In this document: piece after piece, positions 38,387-48,606 of the stretch
How positions within the stretch are numbered: the stretch's first letter is position 1
Layout of the letters: the number at the start of each line of letters is the position of its first letter
Assembly: GCA_963664405.1 (NCBI GenBank)
Contig: OY761158.1
Span: 1,024,001 to 1,088,000 of the forward strand
Origin: Thermoanaerobaculia bacterium
GTDB taxonomy: Bacteria > Acidobacteriota > Thermoanaerobaculia > Multivoradales > Multivoraceae
Reading direction: 5' to 3'
DNA: 64,000 nucleotides
Translations under genes and position numbers: made by a program
Notes under the pieces: model-generated
Seen by the model: only the letters and a program-made list of their open reading frames with translations
What the model was told of the DNA's origin: nothing
The model's database searches: none

Positions 38387-39154
38387 ATGTTCAAACAGTT
38401 CCGGTTCGCAATCATGGGGGTGGCGTTGGTGATGCTGGCAGCACCAGGGTTGCTCGCTCAGAGCCTGTCACTCGAAACGGCGGAAGGTCTGACCCTGCAC
38501 AACAGCATCGCGAAGGGCTCGACCCTGCAAGGCAAAAAAGGTATCCAGCTGACCGCCGACCCGGCGGTTGCGAAGGCAACAGCCGCCAAACGAGACAAGC
38601 TACTGGCGGAGATGCAGGCGAAAGGCGAGAGGCCCTCCGGCCCCGCATCCTTCGAGAGCCTTCGCACCAACCATCTCGGGTTCATTGACGGTGTCGACTT
38701 CAGCAACGGCACAATCGAAGTCGAGCTCGCAGGCTCACCCGCACCGGGGGCTCAGGGAGGCGCGCGTGGCTTCGTAGGAGTGGCGTGGAGAGTTCAGGAA
38801 GACAATGAGCACTACGACTGCTTCTACCTCCGCCCCACCAACGGTCGTGCCGACGATCAAGAGCGCCGCAATCACAGCGCCCAGTACATCTCGCACCCCG
38901 AGTGGACCTGGTACCGCTTCCGTGAAGAGAGTCCGAGCAAGTACGAGACCTACGTCGACATCGCCCCGAGTGAGTGGATCAAAGTGAAGATCACCGTCGA
39001 AGACGAGAAAGCGCGCCTTTACGTCAACGGAGCCGAGCACCCGGCGCTAGTCATCAACGACGTCAAGTCAGGCGCCAACGCCAGCGGCAGAGTCGCCCTC
39101 TGGATCGAAGGCTCCACCATCGGCTACTTCCGCAACCTAAGAATCACAAATTGA
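38387..39154 (+). CDS. DUF1080-like (ConA/LamG fold) secreted protein
   Basis: F.NGTIEV, ARGFVG.A.R, FYLRPTNGR.DDQ.RRNHS.QY, W.K.KI.V. Confidence 0.7.
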   Translation: MFKQFRFAIMGVALVMLAAPGLLAQSLSLETAEGLTLHNSIAKGSTLQGKKGIQLTADPAVAKATAAKRDKLLAEMQAKGERPSGPASFESLRTNHLGFIDGVDFSNGTIEVELAGSPAPGAQGGARGFVGVAWRVQEDNEHYDCFYLRPTNGRADDQERRNHSAQYISHPEWTWYRFREESPSKYETYVDIAPSEWIKVKITVEDEKARLYVNGAEHPALVINDVKSGANASGRVALWIEGSTIGYFRNLRITN

Positions 39155-39232
39155 TCGCTTTCCAAGGGTTCCACCCACTTCGCTACCAAAAACTGATCGC
39201 TCTCGATCGCTCTCCAAGAGTCCCACCCACTT
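39153..39232. repeat. Imperfect 28 bp direct repeat downstream of the transposase
   Basis: gatcgctttccaagggttccacccactt / gatcgctctccaagagtcccacccactt. Confidence 0.55.
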
Positions 39233-39446
39233 GCCAACCAAGAACCGAATCCTCCCCGAGACTTCGCCAACAATGTGGCGAGATGCCCTTGGCACACACC
39301 TCTGGATGCCTTCCGGAGTGCCTCGGCGCCGCTAGCTCCCCTATCGGGGTGAAAATCGTTGGCGCTCGACGCAGCTCCGCCGCGCGGCTCCCTCCAGGAC
39401 GAAGGGGCAACAGCGGCGAAAACGAGGTACTGCGGCAGGATCTCGG

Positions 39447-40346
39447 CTAGTCGGGACCCGCTCGAATCTCCGGCACGTAGGGCAATCCTGGTGGGAAACA
39501 CCCTGCTGGGAAGATCGCTTCTTTGTCCCCCTGCTTGAGCCTCTCCGCGGCTTCTCGGTAAGCAGAGACGAACTCCCGGAGCTCTTCTCGGAGCTCGCGC
39601 CTCGCTTGTGCAGTTGCCGCGTGAAAGGTGGGAGCCGGAGAGCTGTCGATCTCTTTGGGGCGCTCGAGGGGGTCCTGAGAGCGGATCACGTCAGGACCTA
39701 AGGGTTTGCTACGGGCCTCTCTATGACGCAGGCGAGTCTCCCGCTCAATGCGGTCCACGATTTCAGCAACCCGTCCACAGCGCTCGAGCCGCGATAGTAG
39801 TTCCCAGCGCGGCAAGGGCCATAAATGGATCGTCTCCTCGACAAGGAAGTCTTTTGGATCCAGTATTTTGCCGGACCGTCTCGCTCGGTTCTCCGCGGTC
39901 AGATCTCGCCACACGCCCCGGACCTCGGAGTAGCCACGGAGAAGCTCACTGGCACAATGAACCCCGGGCCAGTCACTCGGTCTGATCACCAGGTTCTCTT
40001 TGCTTCCCTGGGAAAGCATGTAGAAGAGACGCGAAATCTGGGCTTCCTCTTCATCCGAGACAACGATGTGCTGATACCGGCGCGACCAAAACTTATCCGT
40101 CCAATTATGAAGACGACCGACCTTGCGTGCCACGTTGCCATTGACGAACTGCATAAAGCTCGAGAGCTGCTTCGTGCTCTCTGGGAGGAGCAGCATGTGG
40201 GAGTGATTCGAGAGAAAGGCGTAGGCGCAGATCTTCATGCCAGTGTGCCGTTGGCCCCGACCCAGGACCCCACGGATCGTCGCATTGCCCTCAGGAGAAG
40301 GGCTGAGGAGATAACGACCCTGAATCGTACGGGTGGTTACTTCCAC
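39447..40346 (-). mobile_element. REP-associated tyrosine (HUH/Y1, IS200-like) transposase
   Basis: EVTTRT..GR.LL.P, AY..LSNH.H.L (HUH), FW..RY, Y, V..P.DWPG, FP.G.FPP. Confidence 0.8.
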
Positions 40347-40492
40347 CAGCCTCCCGGAGACACATCCTCATAGCTTGCGCACGTCTTGCCAACTCTCCTA
40401 ACACCCTCTATAGACGCAAGAAACCTTCGCAACCTTGCTGCTGTGTGCATTCTCGTCGTGAGCCGTACACTTGACCCACTTCGGAGTAGATT

Positions 40493-40539
40493 GGGTGGTA
40501 CCTCGGGAATGAGGTGAAAACTCGGGTGGCACCTCGGGA
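40493..40539. repeat. Two 16 bp direct repeats upstream of the transposase
   Basis: gggtggtacctcggga / gggtggcacctcggga. Confidence 0.55.
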
Positions 40540-40659
40540 TGGGCGCAGGGGCTCTGAGGCGGCGCTCTCTGACTGCGACCGAGGTATCCTTGAGGCTGTA
40601 ACAAAAACGGACGGGGTCGCCGGCGGTAGCCTTCGACTGAATTGAGCGTGGGGGAAGAG

Positions 40660-43590
40660 ATGGAGACTGTCTCAAAGTGGATCGCATCGTGGCGCCTCAA
40701 GAGCTGGCGCACGGCGGCTGTGGCCGCTCTACTCTTCTACACACTGACCGGATTTGTAGTCGTACCCTGGGTTGTCAAGAGCCTGGTCGTCAAGACTGTG
40801 CGGGAACAAGTCGACCGCGAGGCAGGGCTCGAAAGGGTCGCGTTCAACCCTTTCACGCTCGTATTGACCATGGAGGGATTCTCGCTGCCGGACCGACCAG
40901 GCTCTACACTCCTGTCGTTCGACGAGCTCTTTGTGAATCTTCAGGCGTCGAGCCTCTTCACCTGGACCGCGACGGTCGAGGAACTGAGAGTTCAAGGGCC
41001 CTATGTGGCTCTGCGAAGGTTCGAGGACGGCAAGGTCAACATCCTCGAGCTGATGGAGAGCCTCGAAACCGACGAGGTCGACGACGAGGAGGGCGGCGGG
41101 CTTCCCAGGGCTCTGTTGAGGAAGATCCGCATCGTTGACGGTCGTGTTGAGGTCGAAAGCCTCGTTCCCGAGGAGCCGCTACTCTGGGAATTGACCCCGG
41201 TCAACCTCAGTCTGAACAACATCAGCACCCTTCCCGGCGAGGAGGGCGACAACCTCTTCACCCTCGGAACGCCGAACGGAGGGGAGATCGGCATCGACGG
41301 CACGGTCGTGGTCGAGCCCCTCGGTCTCGAAGGGTCCGTCTCAGTGGAACGGATGCCCATCGAGACGGTCTGGCGTGCTGTCAAAGACAAGTTCGAGTTC
41401 GATCTCTCCAGCGGCTCCTTCGCGACCGATCTCGATTATCGGATCGGTGTGGAGGAGGACGGCGTACACGTGGAGGTTCTCGATGCCGAGCTCCGCATTC
41501 GCGACTTCGGTTTCCAGACCCTCGACGCTGACACCGAGCTCTTGAAAGCGGATGCGATCACTATTTCCGGCGCTGACGTGCACTGGCCCGAGCAGCGAAT
41601 CAGGGTGGACTCGCTTGTCGTCGAGGGTGCTTCTGCCTTCGCCTGGATCGAGCCTGACGGAACGCCGATCTGGATGACCCTCGTTCCGGAGCCGACGCAG
41701 AAGCAAGTCGCCGATGCCTACCGCTATGTCGATGACAGAGTCGACCTCGATGCCGAGCTCGACCTTTTCGAGCTTCGCGGCGCGACCGCGGCTTTCGAGG
41801 ATCGCACTTTCTCCGAATCCGTGCGCATCGCGGTGTCGGAAGCCAACTTGAGGGTGACCGATATCGCCACGAGACCGAACAGCGTGTGGAGGTTCGAGAC
41901 CTCCGCGGTATTCGCTGGAGGGGCGCAGGCGTCGGCGGACGGCAGTTTCAGCGCGATTCCGCTGGTCCTCGACGCCGAGGTCGCGCTCGCGGACCTGGAA
42001 CTTTCTCGATTTCAACCCTACGTCGAGAAATTCGCTCCCCTCGAGGTCCGGGCCGGCGTACTGCACACCGACGGAAGTGTGCACGTGGAACCGAGCCCGG
42101 ACGCGCCTGACGTCACATTCTCCGGTGCGCTATCTGTGAACAGACTCGACCTCGACGAGACGGTCACAGACGACACCCTCATTGGGTGGGGCGAGCTCGA
42201 TGTGACCGGCATCCAGGCCGCCCTAGCGCCGACTTCTCTCGGCGTCGAGCAGGTCGAGGTCCGTGGCGCCGGACTCGAGATCACCGTCGCCGAAGACGGC
42301 ACCATCAACCTACTCGAGTTCCTCAAAGTGTTGTCCGAAGGCGATAGCACCGACGCGAGCGAGCCTAAAGCCGACGCCGAGGCCGGTGGTGGGCTACCGC
42401 CGGTCCAAATCGCGAGTCTTCGACTCCATGACTGTTACGGCCTCTACACCGACAAGACCACCGCCGATCCTTTCCGGATGAATCTCCGATCCATCAACGG
42501 GACAGTCTCCGGGATCGCGACCGAAGCTAACTCGACCGCTGATATCGACATCGACGGCGCCCTCGATGGCTACGGCCTGCTCTCTTTTCAGGGCGAGCTC
42601 GACCTCTTCAACTATGCACGGCTGACCGACTTCGACATCGACATCTACGACATGGCGCTGCCCTTCGCTTCGCCGATGTCGGTCAAGGTGATCGGCCATC
42701 CGATCGAGTCAGGCAGACTGACCCTCGACCTGGACTACAACATCACCGATCAACAGCTGCAGGCGACCAACCACATCGAGCTCTCCCATCTCCATCTCGG
42801 GGACAAGATCGAGGGCGAGGGCACTATCGACGCGCCGTTCAAGTTGGGCATCTCGATGTTGAAAGACTCCGACGGGCGAATCACCCTCGATATCCCGCTG
42901 GAGGGAAACCTCGACGACCCGGACTTCATCGCTCGCAAAGCCGTCATGGCCGCGGCAGGCGAGGTCACCAAAGAGCTGGTGAAATCTCCTTTTCGGATGC
43001 TGGGTCGGCTGGTCGGAGGGGGTGCCGAGGACCAGGAGCTCGAGTTTGTCGACTTCGAAGTCGGCAGCGCTTCGCTGGGGACGAATGCCACCGCGAACCT
43101 GGACACCCTCGCAAAGGCTCTAAAACAACGTCCGACCTTGCGTCTCGAGATCGACAGCGTTGTCGACCGGCGGGCCGACGCCGAGGTCTTGAAGCAGACC
43201 GACTTCGAGCGCGAGCTCGCGACCCGGCAGACCGCAGCTGAGCAATCGGAGGCAACCACGGATCGCACTCCGCTCGAGACGATGTTCGTCGAGCGCTTCT
43301 CCGCCGCCAATCTGGAATCGGTTCGAGCGCAGTACAGATCGGCGGAAGACTCCGAGCTCGACGACGACTCCTACACCGCGCTTCTTCGCTCACGACTCGT
43401 CGAGACCCAGCCGGTCGACGAAGCCAGGACCACGGCCCTCGGTCTGGCGCGAGCGGAAGCCATCAGCTCGTTCTTGCAAGATCAGGCCGGCATCGGCTCG
43501 ACTCGCCTCGGCATCCGCCCCCAGCCCAGCGAATCGCCAGCCATAGCGGGACGGGTACGTACCCGGCTCGAGGTCACGGCCGACGGCTAG
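40660..43590 (+). CDS. DUF748 domain protein (AsmA-like)
   Basis: YTL.GF..VP, V.FNPFTL, repeated DG..N, Y...G.L.LDL.Y, LKD.DG.I.LDIP..G.LDDP.F, OmpA-like RP.L.L.I tail. Confidence 0.88.
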   Translation: METVSKWIASWRLKSWRTAAVAALLFYTLTGFVVVPWVVKSLVVKTVREQVDREAGLERVAFNPFTLVLTMEGFSLPDRPGSTLLSFDELFVNLQASSLFTWTATVEELRVQGPYVALRRFEDGKVNILELMESLETDEVDDEEGGGLPRALLRKIRIVDGRVEVESLVPEEPLLWELTPVNLSLNNISTLPGEEGDNLFTLGTPNGGEIGIDGTVVVEPLGLEGSVSVERMPIETVWRAVKDKFEFDLSSGSFATDLDYRIGVEEDGVHVEVLDAELRIRDFGFQTLDADTELLKADAITISGADVHWPEQRIRVDSLVVEGASAFAWIEPDGTPIWMTLVPEPTQKQVADAYRYVDDRVDLDAELDLFELRGATAAFEDRTFSESVRIAVSEANLRVTDIATRPNSVWRFETSAVFAGGAQASADGSFSAIPLVLDAEVALADLELSRFQPYVEKFAPLEVRAGVLHTDGSVHVEPSPDAPDVTFSGALSVNRLDLDETVTDDTLIGWGELDVTGIQAALAPTSLGVEQVEVRGAGLEITVAEDGTINLLEFLKVLSEGDSTDASEPKADAEAGGGLPPVQIASLRLHDCYGLYTDKTTADPFRMNLRSINGTVSGIATEANSTADIDIDGALDGYGLLSFQGELDLFNYARLTDFDIDIYDMALPFASPMSVKVIGHPIESGRLTLDLDYNITDQQLQATNHIELSHLHLGDKIEGEGTIDAPFKLGISMLKDSDGRITLDIPLEGNLDDPDFIARKAVMAAAGEVTKELVKSPFRMLGRLVGGGAEDQELEFVDFEVGSASLGTNATANLDTLAKALKQRPTLRLEIDSVVDRRADAEVLKQTDFERELATRQTAAEQSEATTDRTPLETMFVERFSAANLESVRAQYRSAEDSELDDDSYTALLRSRLVETQPVDEARTTALGLARAEAISSFLQDQAGIGSTRLGIRPQPSESPAIAGRVRTRLEVTADG

Positions 43591-43626
43591 ACGAGAAACC
43601 CTCGTCGGACTAGGAGGAGCACCAGA

Positions 43627-44556
43627 GTGAAGTTTGGCGCACAGGTAACCGTTTATCGCAACACTTGGGACACCATCCGTACGGTAGTGGAGACACTGGA
43701 GGCCGGGCCCTGGGACAGCATATGGGTTGCCGACCACTACCTTCCCCCGCCCGGGCGCAAGGAAGAAGAGCATCTCAACGCCCACGAGGGCTTCACCATC
43801 CTCGCCGCCGTCGCCGGAATGACAAAGAGGCTGCGTCTCGGTCACCTGGTGCTCGGCAACACCTACCGTAACCCCGCCCTGGTCGCCAAGATGGCCACGA
43901 CCCTCGACCAGGTCTCCCTTGGCCGCTTCACCCTCGGCATCGGTGCCTCGTGGTTCAAACGCGAGCACGAAGCCTACGGCTGGACCTTTCCGTCGATGCG
44001 AGAACGCCAGGACCGCTTCCAAGAATCTTGCGAGCTCATTCGCGCCCTCTTCACCTCCAAAGAGCCCGTGACCTTCAACGGCCAGTACTACAACCTCGAT
44101 GACGCCCCGATGGCCCCCGGCTGCTATCAAGAACCGCACATCCCGATCCTGGTCGGAGGAACCGGCGAAAAGCGAACTCTACGCACCCTCGCCATGTACG
44201 GCGACGTGATGAATCTCGACGGCTGGGCTGGCGGCCCGATGACCGCCGAGTACTTCCGCCACAAGACCGGGGTACTCGATCACCATTGTGAGACGGTCGG
44301 CCGCGATCCGAGTGAGATCCAACGCTCGGTGCTGATACCCACCCTGGTCACCGACGATCAGGAGGCGGCGGATCTCTTTCGCGCCAATCGCCGCCTCGGC
44401 GAGGGCACCGCCGCGGGAACCAAGGACTACGTGATCGACCGCATCGGCGAGATCATCGAAGCCGGCGCCGAGTACATCATGATCGGCGGCATCCCGACCG
44501 ACGACCTCGAGCAGTATCACCGCGTCGCCGAGGAAGTGATCCCCGCGTTCTCCTAA
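43627..44556 (+). CDS. LLM class (probably F420-dependent) oxidoreductase
   Basis: DSIWVADH, RLRLG.LV.GNTYRNPALVAKMA.TLD.VS.GR, GA.W...EH.AYG, I.VGG.GEKRTLR. Confidence 0.88.
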   Translation: MKFGAQVTVYRNTWDTIRTVVETLEAGPWDSIWVADHYLPPPGRKEEEHLNAHEGFTILAAVAGMTKRLRLGHLVLGNTYRNPALVAKMATTLDQVSLGRFTLGIGASWFKREHEAYGWTFPSMRERQDRFQESCELIRALFTSKEPVTFNGQYYNLDDAPMAPGCYQEPHIPILVGGTGEKRTLRTLAMYGDVMNLDGWAGGPMTAEYFRHKTGVLDHHCETVGRDPSEIQRSVLIPTLVTDDQEAADLFRANRRLGEGTAAGTKDYVIDRIGEIIEAGAEYIMIGGIPTDDLEQYHRVAEEVIPAFS

Positions 44557-44560
44557 TCGC

Positions 44561-45850
44561 CTAACGAAGGGGCCGAAAGAACTTCCGCAAGTCCCCAACG
44601 AGCAGTTCCGGCTCCTCGATCGCCGGGAAATGCCCGCCGCGGTCGAACACCGACCAGTGGCTGACATTGGAGGGTCGGTCACCGACCAGCGACTGCGGTG
44701 CGCCCGATCGCGCAGGAATGCCGACGAATTGTGCGTAACCCCGCGGCACCGTGACCGGACCGCGGCTGGTGCGACGGGGCCGCGAGCTCCCCAGCCCGTT
44801 GGCGTAGTAGTAACGCACACTGGTTCCAATCGTCGACGTGTGCCAGAAGATCGAAACGAGAGTCAGAATCTGGTCTTTAGTGAAACTCGTCTCGACATCG
44901 CCGCCGCAGTCGCTCCACGACCGCAGCTTCTCGGTGATCCAGGCAGCGACACCGACCGGCGAGTCGGTGAGGCCATAGGCAAGGGTCTGCGGTTTGGTGC
45001 CTTGAATGCGTTGATACCCGGTCTCGTCGACCGACCAGCGCTCGAGCCGCGCCCGGTAGTCGCGCTCTTCGTCGGTCGCCGGCTCACGCTGGGCACGCGG
45101 TGGAGACCCTGGGGTGTGGATGCCGACCAATCGCTCGGGAAATCTCGCGCCAAGCTCCCGCGTCACCCCCGACCCCCAGTCGCTGCCGTAAGCGCCAAAG
45201 CGCTGGTACCCCAGCTTGTCCATCAGCTGGACCCAGAGATCCGCGGTGCGCGCGATGTCAGTCCCCTCGGCCGGATCACCCGAGAAGCCGAAGCCGGGAA
45301 TCGACGGCACCACTACATTAAAAGAATCGTCCTGTTCCCCGCCTTGAACCCCCGAGTTGCTGAGAGCGCGTACCGAAGGAAGCATCTCCCAGATCGTGCC
45401 AGGCCAGCCGTGGGTCATCAGCAGCGGGAGCGACGACGCCTGCCGGCTGCGCTGGTGGACGAAGTGAAGCATCTGCCCGTCGATCGTCGTCTTGTAATGA
45501 TCAAAGGAGTTGAGCCACTCTTCGTGCGTGCGCCAGTCGTACTCGTCCTTCCAATAGGCGATCAGCTCTTCGAGGTAGTCGCGATCGGTTCCGTACCCCC
45601 AGCCTTCTCCCGGAGCATCAGGCGGCCACCGCGTTGCCGCCAGCCGCCGCTTCAGGTCGGCTAGATCGGCATCGCTGACCCGGATCTCGAAAGTTTCGAT
45701 CCCCTCGGGGCCGGGCACCGCCGCAGCTGAGCTTCCGACCGTCGCCTCGCCGACAGGACGGTTTGCCGCGGCAACCGAGCCGGAAATGCTCGCCGCGCTC
45801 ATCAACTTCACCAGCGTCCGCCGATCGATCTCGTACTGTTTCTCTGCCAC
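44561..45850 (-). CDS. Epoxide hydrolase family protein (EHN + alpha/beta hydrolase), Tat signal
   Basis: DRRTL Tat motif; L.DL..RL..TRWP, YDWR, HGWP, PS.PGFGFS, GSDWG, DSP.G..AWI.EK, GGHFPA.E.P. Confidence 0.88.
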   Translation of the reverse strand: MAEKQYEIDRRTLVKLMSAASISGSVAAANRPVGEATVGSSAAAVPGPEGIETFEIRVSDADLADLKRRLAATRWPPDAPGEGWGYGTDRDYLEELIAYWKDEYDWRTHEEWLNSFDHYKTTIDGQMLHFVHQRSRQASSLPLLMTHGWPGTIWEMLPSVRALSNSGVQGGEQDDSFNVVVPSIPGFGFSGDPAEGTDIARTADLWVQLMDKLGYQRFGAYGSDWGSGVTRELGARFPERLVGIHTPGSPPRAQREPATDEERDYRARLERWSVDETGYQRIQGTKPQTLAYGLTDSPVGVAAWITEKLRSWSDCGGDVETSFTKDQILTLVSIFWHTSTIGTSVRYYYANGLGSSRPRRTSRGPVTVPRGYAQFVGIPARSGAPQSLVGDRPSNVSHWSVFDRGGHFPAIEEPELLVGDLRKFFRPLR

Positions 45851-46028
45851 TGCTTCACCTCAGTTCTATCGCAACCACGTTTCCGGATCTCGACTCGTAG
45901 GATGAAAATACCCTAACCGCTGCCTCCTCAGTCTGACAACACAGAACCACAGAGATAGCATCGATTTCGACGTCCAGGACGCGGCGAGAACACGATTCGC
46001 TACAAGGCTGAGAAGCTCGAGCTCAGCC

Positions 46029-46706
46029 TTGGTCGACGTCGTGCTTCGATTCGAGCAGGTGCTCGGCCGCCGCGTACTGGTCGTCGGCCCGACACCTCAA
46101 CCGGTAGCCCATATCGACATGATCGTCACACCTGTAGGCGACGGGCGGCTGGTAGTGGCGGACGCCAAGTCTGGGATTCGCATGGCCGAAGAGGCACTTT
46201 CAGCCGACCCCGACTCGGTCTCCGCCTTCGAGAGCTACTGCGAGCAACACTTCTTCGGACACCCGAGCCTTCGCGAGCTTCCAATCAAGAGCTGCGGCAC
46301 CTCGGTAGCGCCGAAAGTGGTCGGCCGGACCCAAGAGATGGTCGAGCTCAGTCGTGCCCTCTCGCCTCTTCTCGACGGCATCGCACAGTCCTTGGAGGGA
46401 GCCGGATACCAGTTCGACCGCGTGCCTTCCTCTTCGGCCGGCCCGAGAGCGAGAATGTTCACGATTCCCCGGAAGCAACCAACAGAGCAGCTTATCCGAT
46501 GCTGACCTACAACAACGTTCTCATCGAGACCGGCGAGAGCGGGAAGGTCGTGTATCTGCCGAGCTATGGCTGGCCGGCTATGGACGAAGCCGCGGTCGCG
46601 GCCTGGCAATCGATCGGCTTCGAGCCCTGCCGGGTCGAGGGATTGGCGATCAGCGCCATGTACGGGGGGGGGCCTTCGTTGCGCGGTGAAAGTGCTGGCC
46701 CGCTAG
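46029..46706 (+). pseudogene. Pentein/guanidino-modifying (agmatine or arginine deiminase-like) C-terminal remnant with two frameshifts
   Basis: HIDM..TP; AYPMLTYNNVL.E; V.LP.YG; GG.LRC.VKVL.R* restored by correcting -1 near 46426 and +1 in the G9 run 46664-46672. Confidence 0.7.
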
Positions 46707-46897
46707 CAGCAGATTTTCAACGTAGAGTAGCGTCGTGAGCGATCGCGAGGCATGGCGCAGCCTGGCCGGCATCTTGTCGCGTTCGCCGCTCTGTAGGCGG
46801 GGAAGACGAGACAATTTGGCAACGCCGTTCTGGCTGGTCGCCCGCAAAGGTTGATCGCTAAACCATCCGAGGTCGCAAGAAAGAGAGGGAGCCCGTC

Positions 46898-47653
46898 ATG
46901 AACCATCAGTCAAAAGTGGCCATAATTACCGGCGGAGGAACCGGTATCGGCAAGGCCACCGCGCTCGCTCTGCTCGGAGAGGGCTACTCGGTGGCGATCG
47001 GTGGTCGCCGCGCCGAGCTTCTCGATGCTGTTGTCGAAGAGTCGGGCGCCTCGGATCACCTGCTGGGAGTGTCGACCGATGTCACGGACCCGGACTCGGT
47101 TGCCAATTTCTTTGCCGCGACAAGAGATCGCTTCGGGCGTCTCGATCTTCTGTTCAACAACGCCGGCACCGGTGCGCCGCCCGTGCCGCTCGAGGACCTC
47201 GATGTCGACCGCTGGCGACGGGTCGTAGATGTGAATCTGACCGGCTCCTTTCTTTGCACTCAGGAGGCGATTCGGATGATGAAGGCGCAGACACCACCGG
47301 GTGGGCGCATCATCAACAACGGCTCGATCTCGGCACAGTCACCACGACCCAACTCCGCGCCCTACACGTCGACCAAGCACGCCATCACCGGGCTCACCAA
47401 GTCGACGTCGCTGGACGGGCGCAAGTACGATATCGCCTGCGGACAGATCGATATCGGCAACGCGCTCACCGACATGACTGCGCGGATGGGTGCTGGAGTA
47501 GCGCAAGCTGACGGTTCGAAGAAGGTCGAGCCGACGATGGACGTCGACAACGTCGCTCGAGCGGTCGTCTACATGGCGAGCTTGCCGCTCGATGCTAATG
47601 TCCAGTTTCTGACCGTGATGGCGACCAAGATGCCCTTGGTCGGTCGCGGGTAG
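46898..47653 (+). CDS. Short-chain dehydrogenase/reductase
   Basis: [32 protein letters not shown]. Confidence 0.92.
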   Translation: MNHQSKVAIITGGGTGIGKATALALLGEGYSVAIGGRRAELLDAVVEESGASDHLLGVSTDVTDPDSVANFFAATRDRFGRLDLLFNNAGTGAPPVPLEDLDVDRWRRVVDVNLTGSFLCTQEAIRMMKAQTPPGGRIINNGSISAQSPRPNSAPYTSTKHAITGLTKSTSLDGRKYDIACGQIDIGNALTDMTARMGAGVAQADGSKKVEPTMDVDNVARAVVYMASLPLDANVQFLTVMATKMPLVGRG

Positions 47654-47674
47654 ACCGCAAAAAGAGGATAGACC

Positions 47675-48511
47675 ATGCCGATCAATCCCGATGCCGTCGG
47701 TGCCGAGGGCGCGCCGCTCAGACACAGTTGGGTCTCCAAAGACGCGCTGCTCTACGCCGTAGGCGTGGGTGCCGGCACAGATGAATTGCAGTTCACGACC
47801 GAGAACACCAAGGACACGCTGCAGAAGGTGTTGCCCACCTTTGCGGTGATCATCGGTGGCGGAGCGCGGCCAATGGATCAGATCGGCTCGATCAACCACG
47901 CCATGATGGTGCACGGCGAGCAGGGAATCGAGCTCTTCGGCGAGATCCCGGCGGATGGCGAGATCGAGACCACGAGTCGGTGTATCGGGATCTGGGACAA
48001 GGGTGCGGCCGCCGTCCTCGAGTTCGAGTCGACGGCCGTCGACACGAAGACCGGCGGGATTCTGCTCAAGACCTACTCCAGCCTGTTCTGCCGGGGTGAA
48101 GGCGGTTTTGGCGGCGAGCGCGGACCGAGCGAGAAGGTCGAGTTTCCGGCCCGAGCGGCCGATCACGAGGTCACCTACGACACTCGCGAGGATCAAGCGC
48201 TCACCTACCGTCTTTCCGGCGACCGCAATCCTCTGCACTCGGACCCGAGCTTCGCCGCCATGGGCGGGTTCGAGCGGCCGATCTTGCACGGATTGTGCAC
48301 CTGGGGCTTCACCGGAAGGGCGCTGCTGCACACTCTCTGCGATAGCGATCCTTTGCGCTTCAGGGCGATGAAAAGCCGCTTTTCCAAGCCGGTGACCCCT
48401 GGCGATAGGCTGACCGTGTCGATGTGGGTCGACGGCGAGACCGCCCTGTTCAGAACCCGCGATCAGAACGACAACGTGGTGATCGATCAGGGCGTGTTCG
48501 AGTTCGCGTGA
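47675..48511 (+). CDS. MaoC-like double hot-dog dehydratase (enoyl-CoA hydratase 2 type)
   Basis: LYA.GVG, HGEQ, DKG, YRLSGDRNPLHSDP, PILHGLCT. Confidence 0.9.
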   Translation: MPINPDAVGAEGAPLRHSWVSKDALLYAVGVGAGTDELQFTTENTKDTLQKVLPTFAVIIGGGARPMDQIGSINHAMMVHGEQGIELFGEIPADGEIETTSRCIGIWDKGAAAVLEFESTAVDTKTGGILLKTYSSLFCRGEGGFGGERGPSEKVEFPARAADHEVTYDTREDQALTYRLSGDRNPLHSDPSFAAMGGFERPILHGLCTWGFTGRALLHTLCDSDPLRFRAMKSRFSKPVTPGDRLTVSMWVDGETALFRTRDQNDNVVIDQGVFEFA

Positions 48512-48606
48512 GCCTCTCAGTGAGCTGTCGGAGGCGGCGTCCGGGGGCGCCACAACCTTGCATGAGGTGCCTCTTCGGTTCATTATGGGCTACTTGGAGG
48601 TCGAAA

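Noticed and set aside
46703-46860. Fourth full copy of the fold-back element
   Set aside because: It has a CTAG start and a CATGGCGC...GCAACGCC core resemblance but no clear matching terminal arm, so it is mentioned only as degenerate
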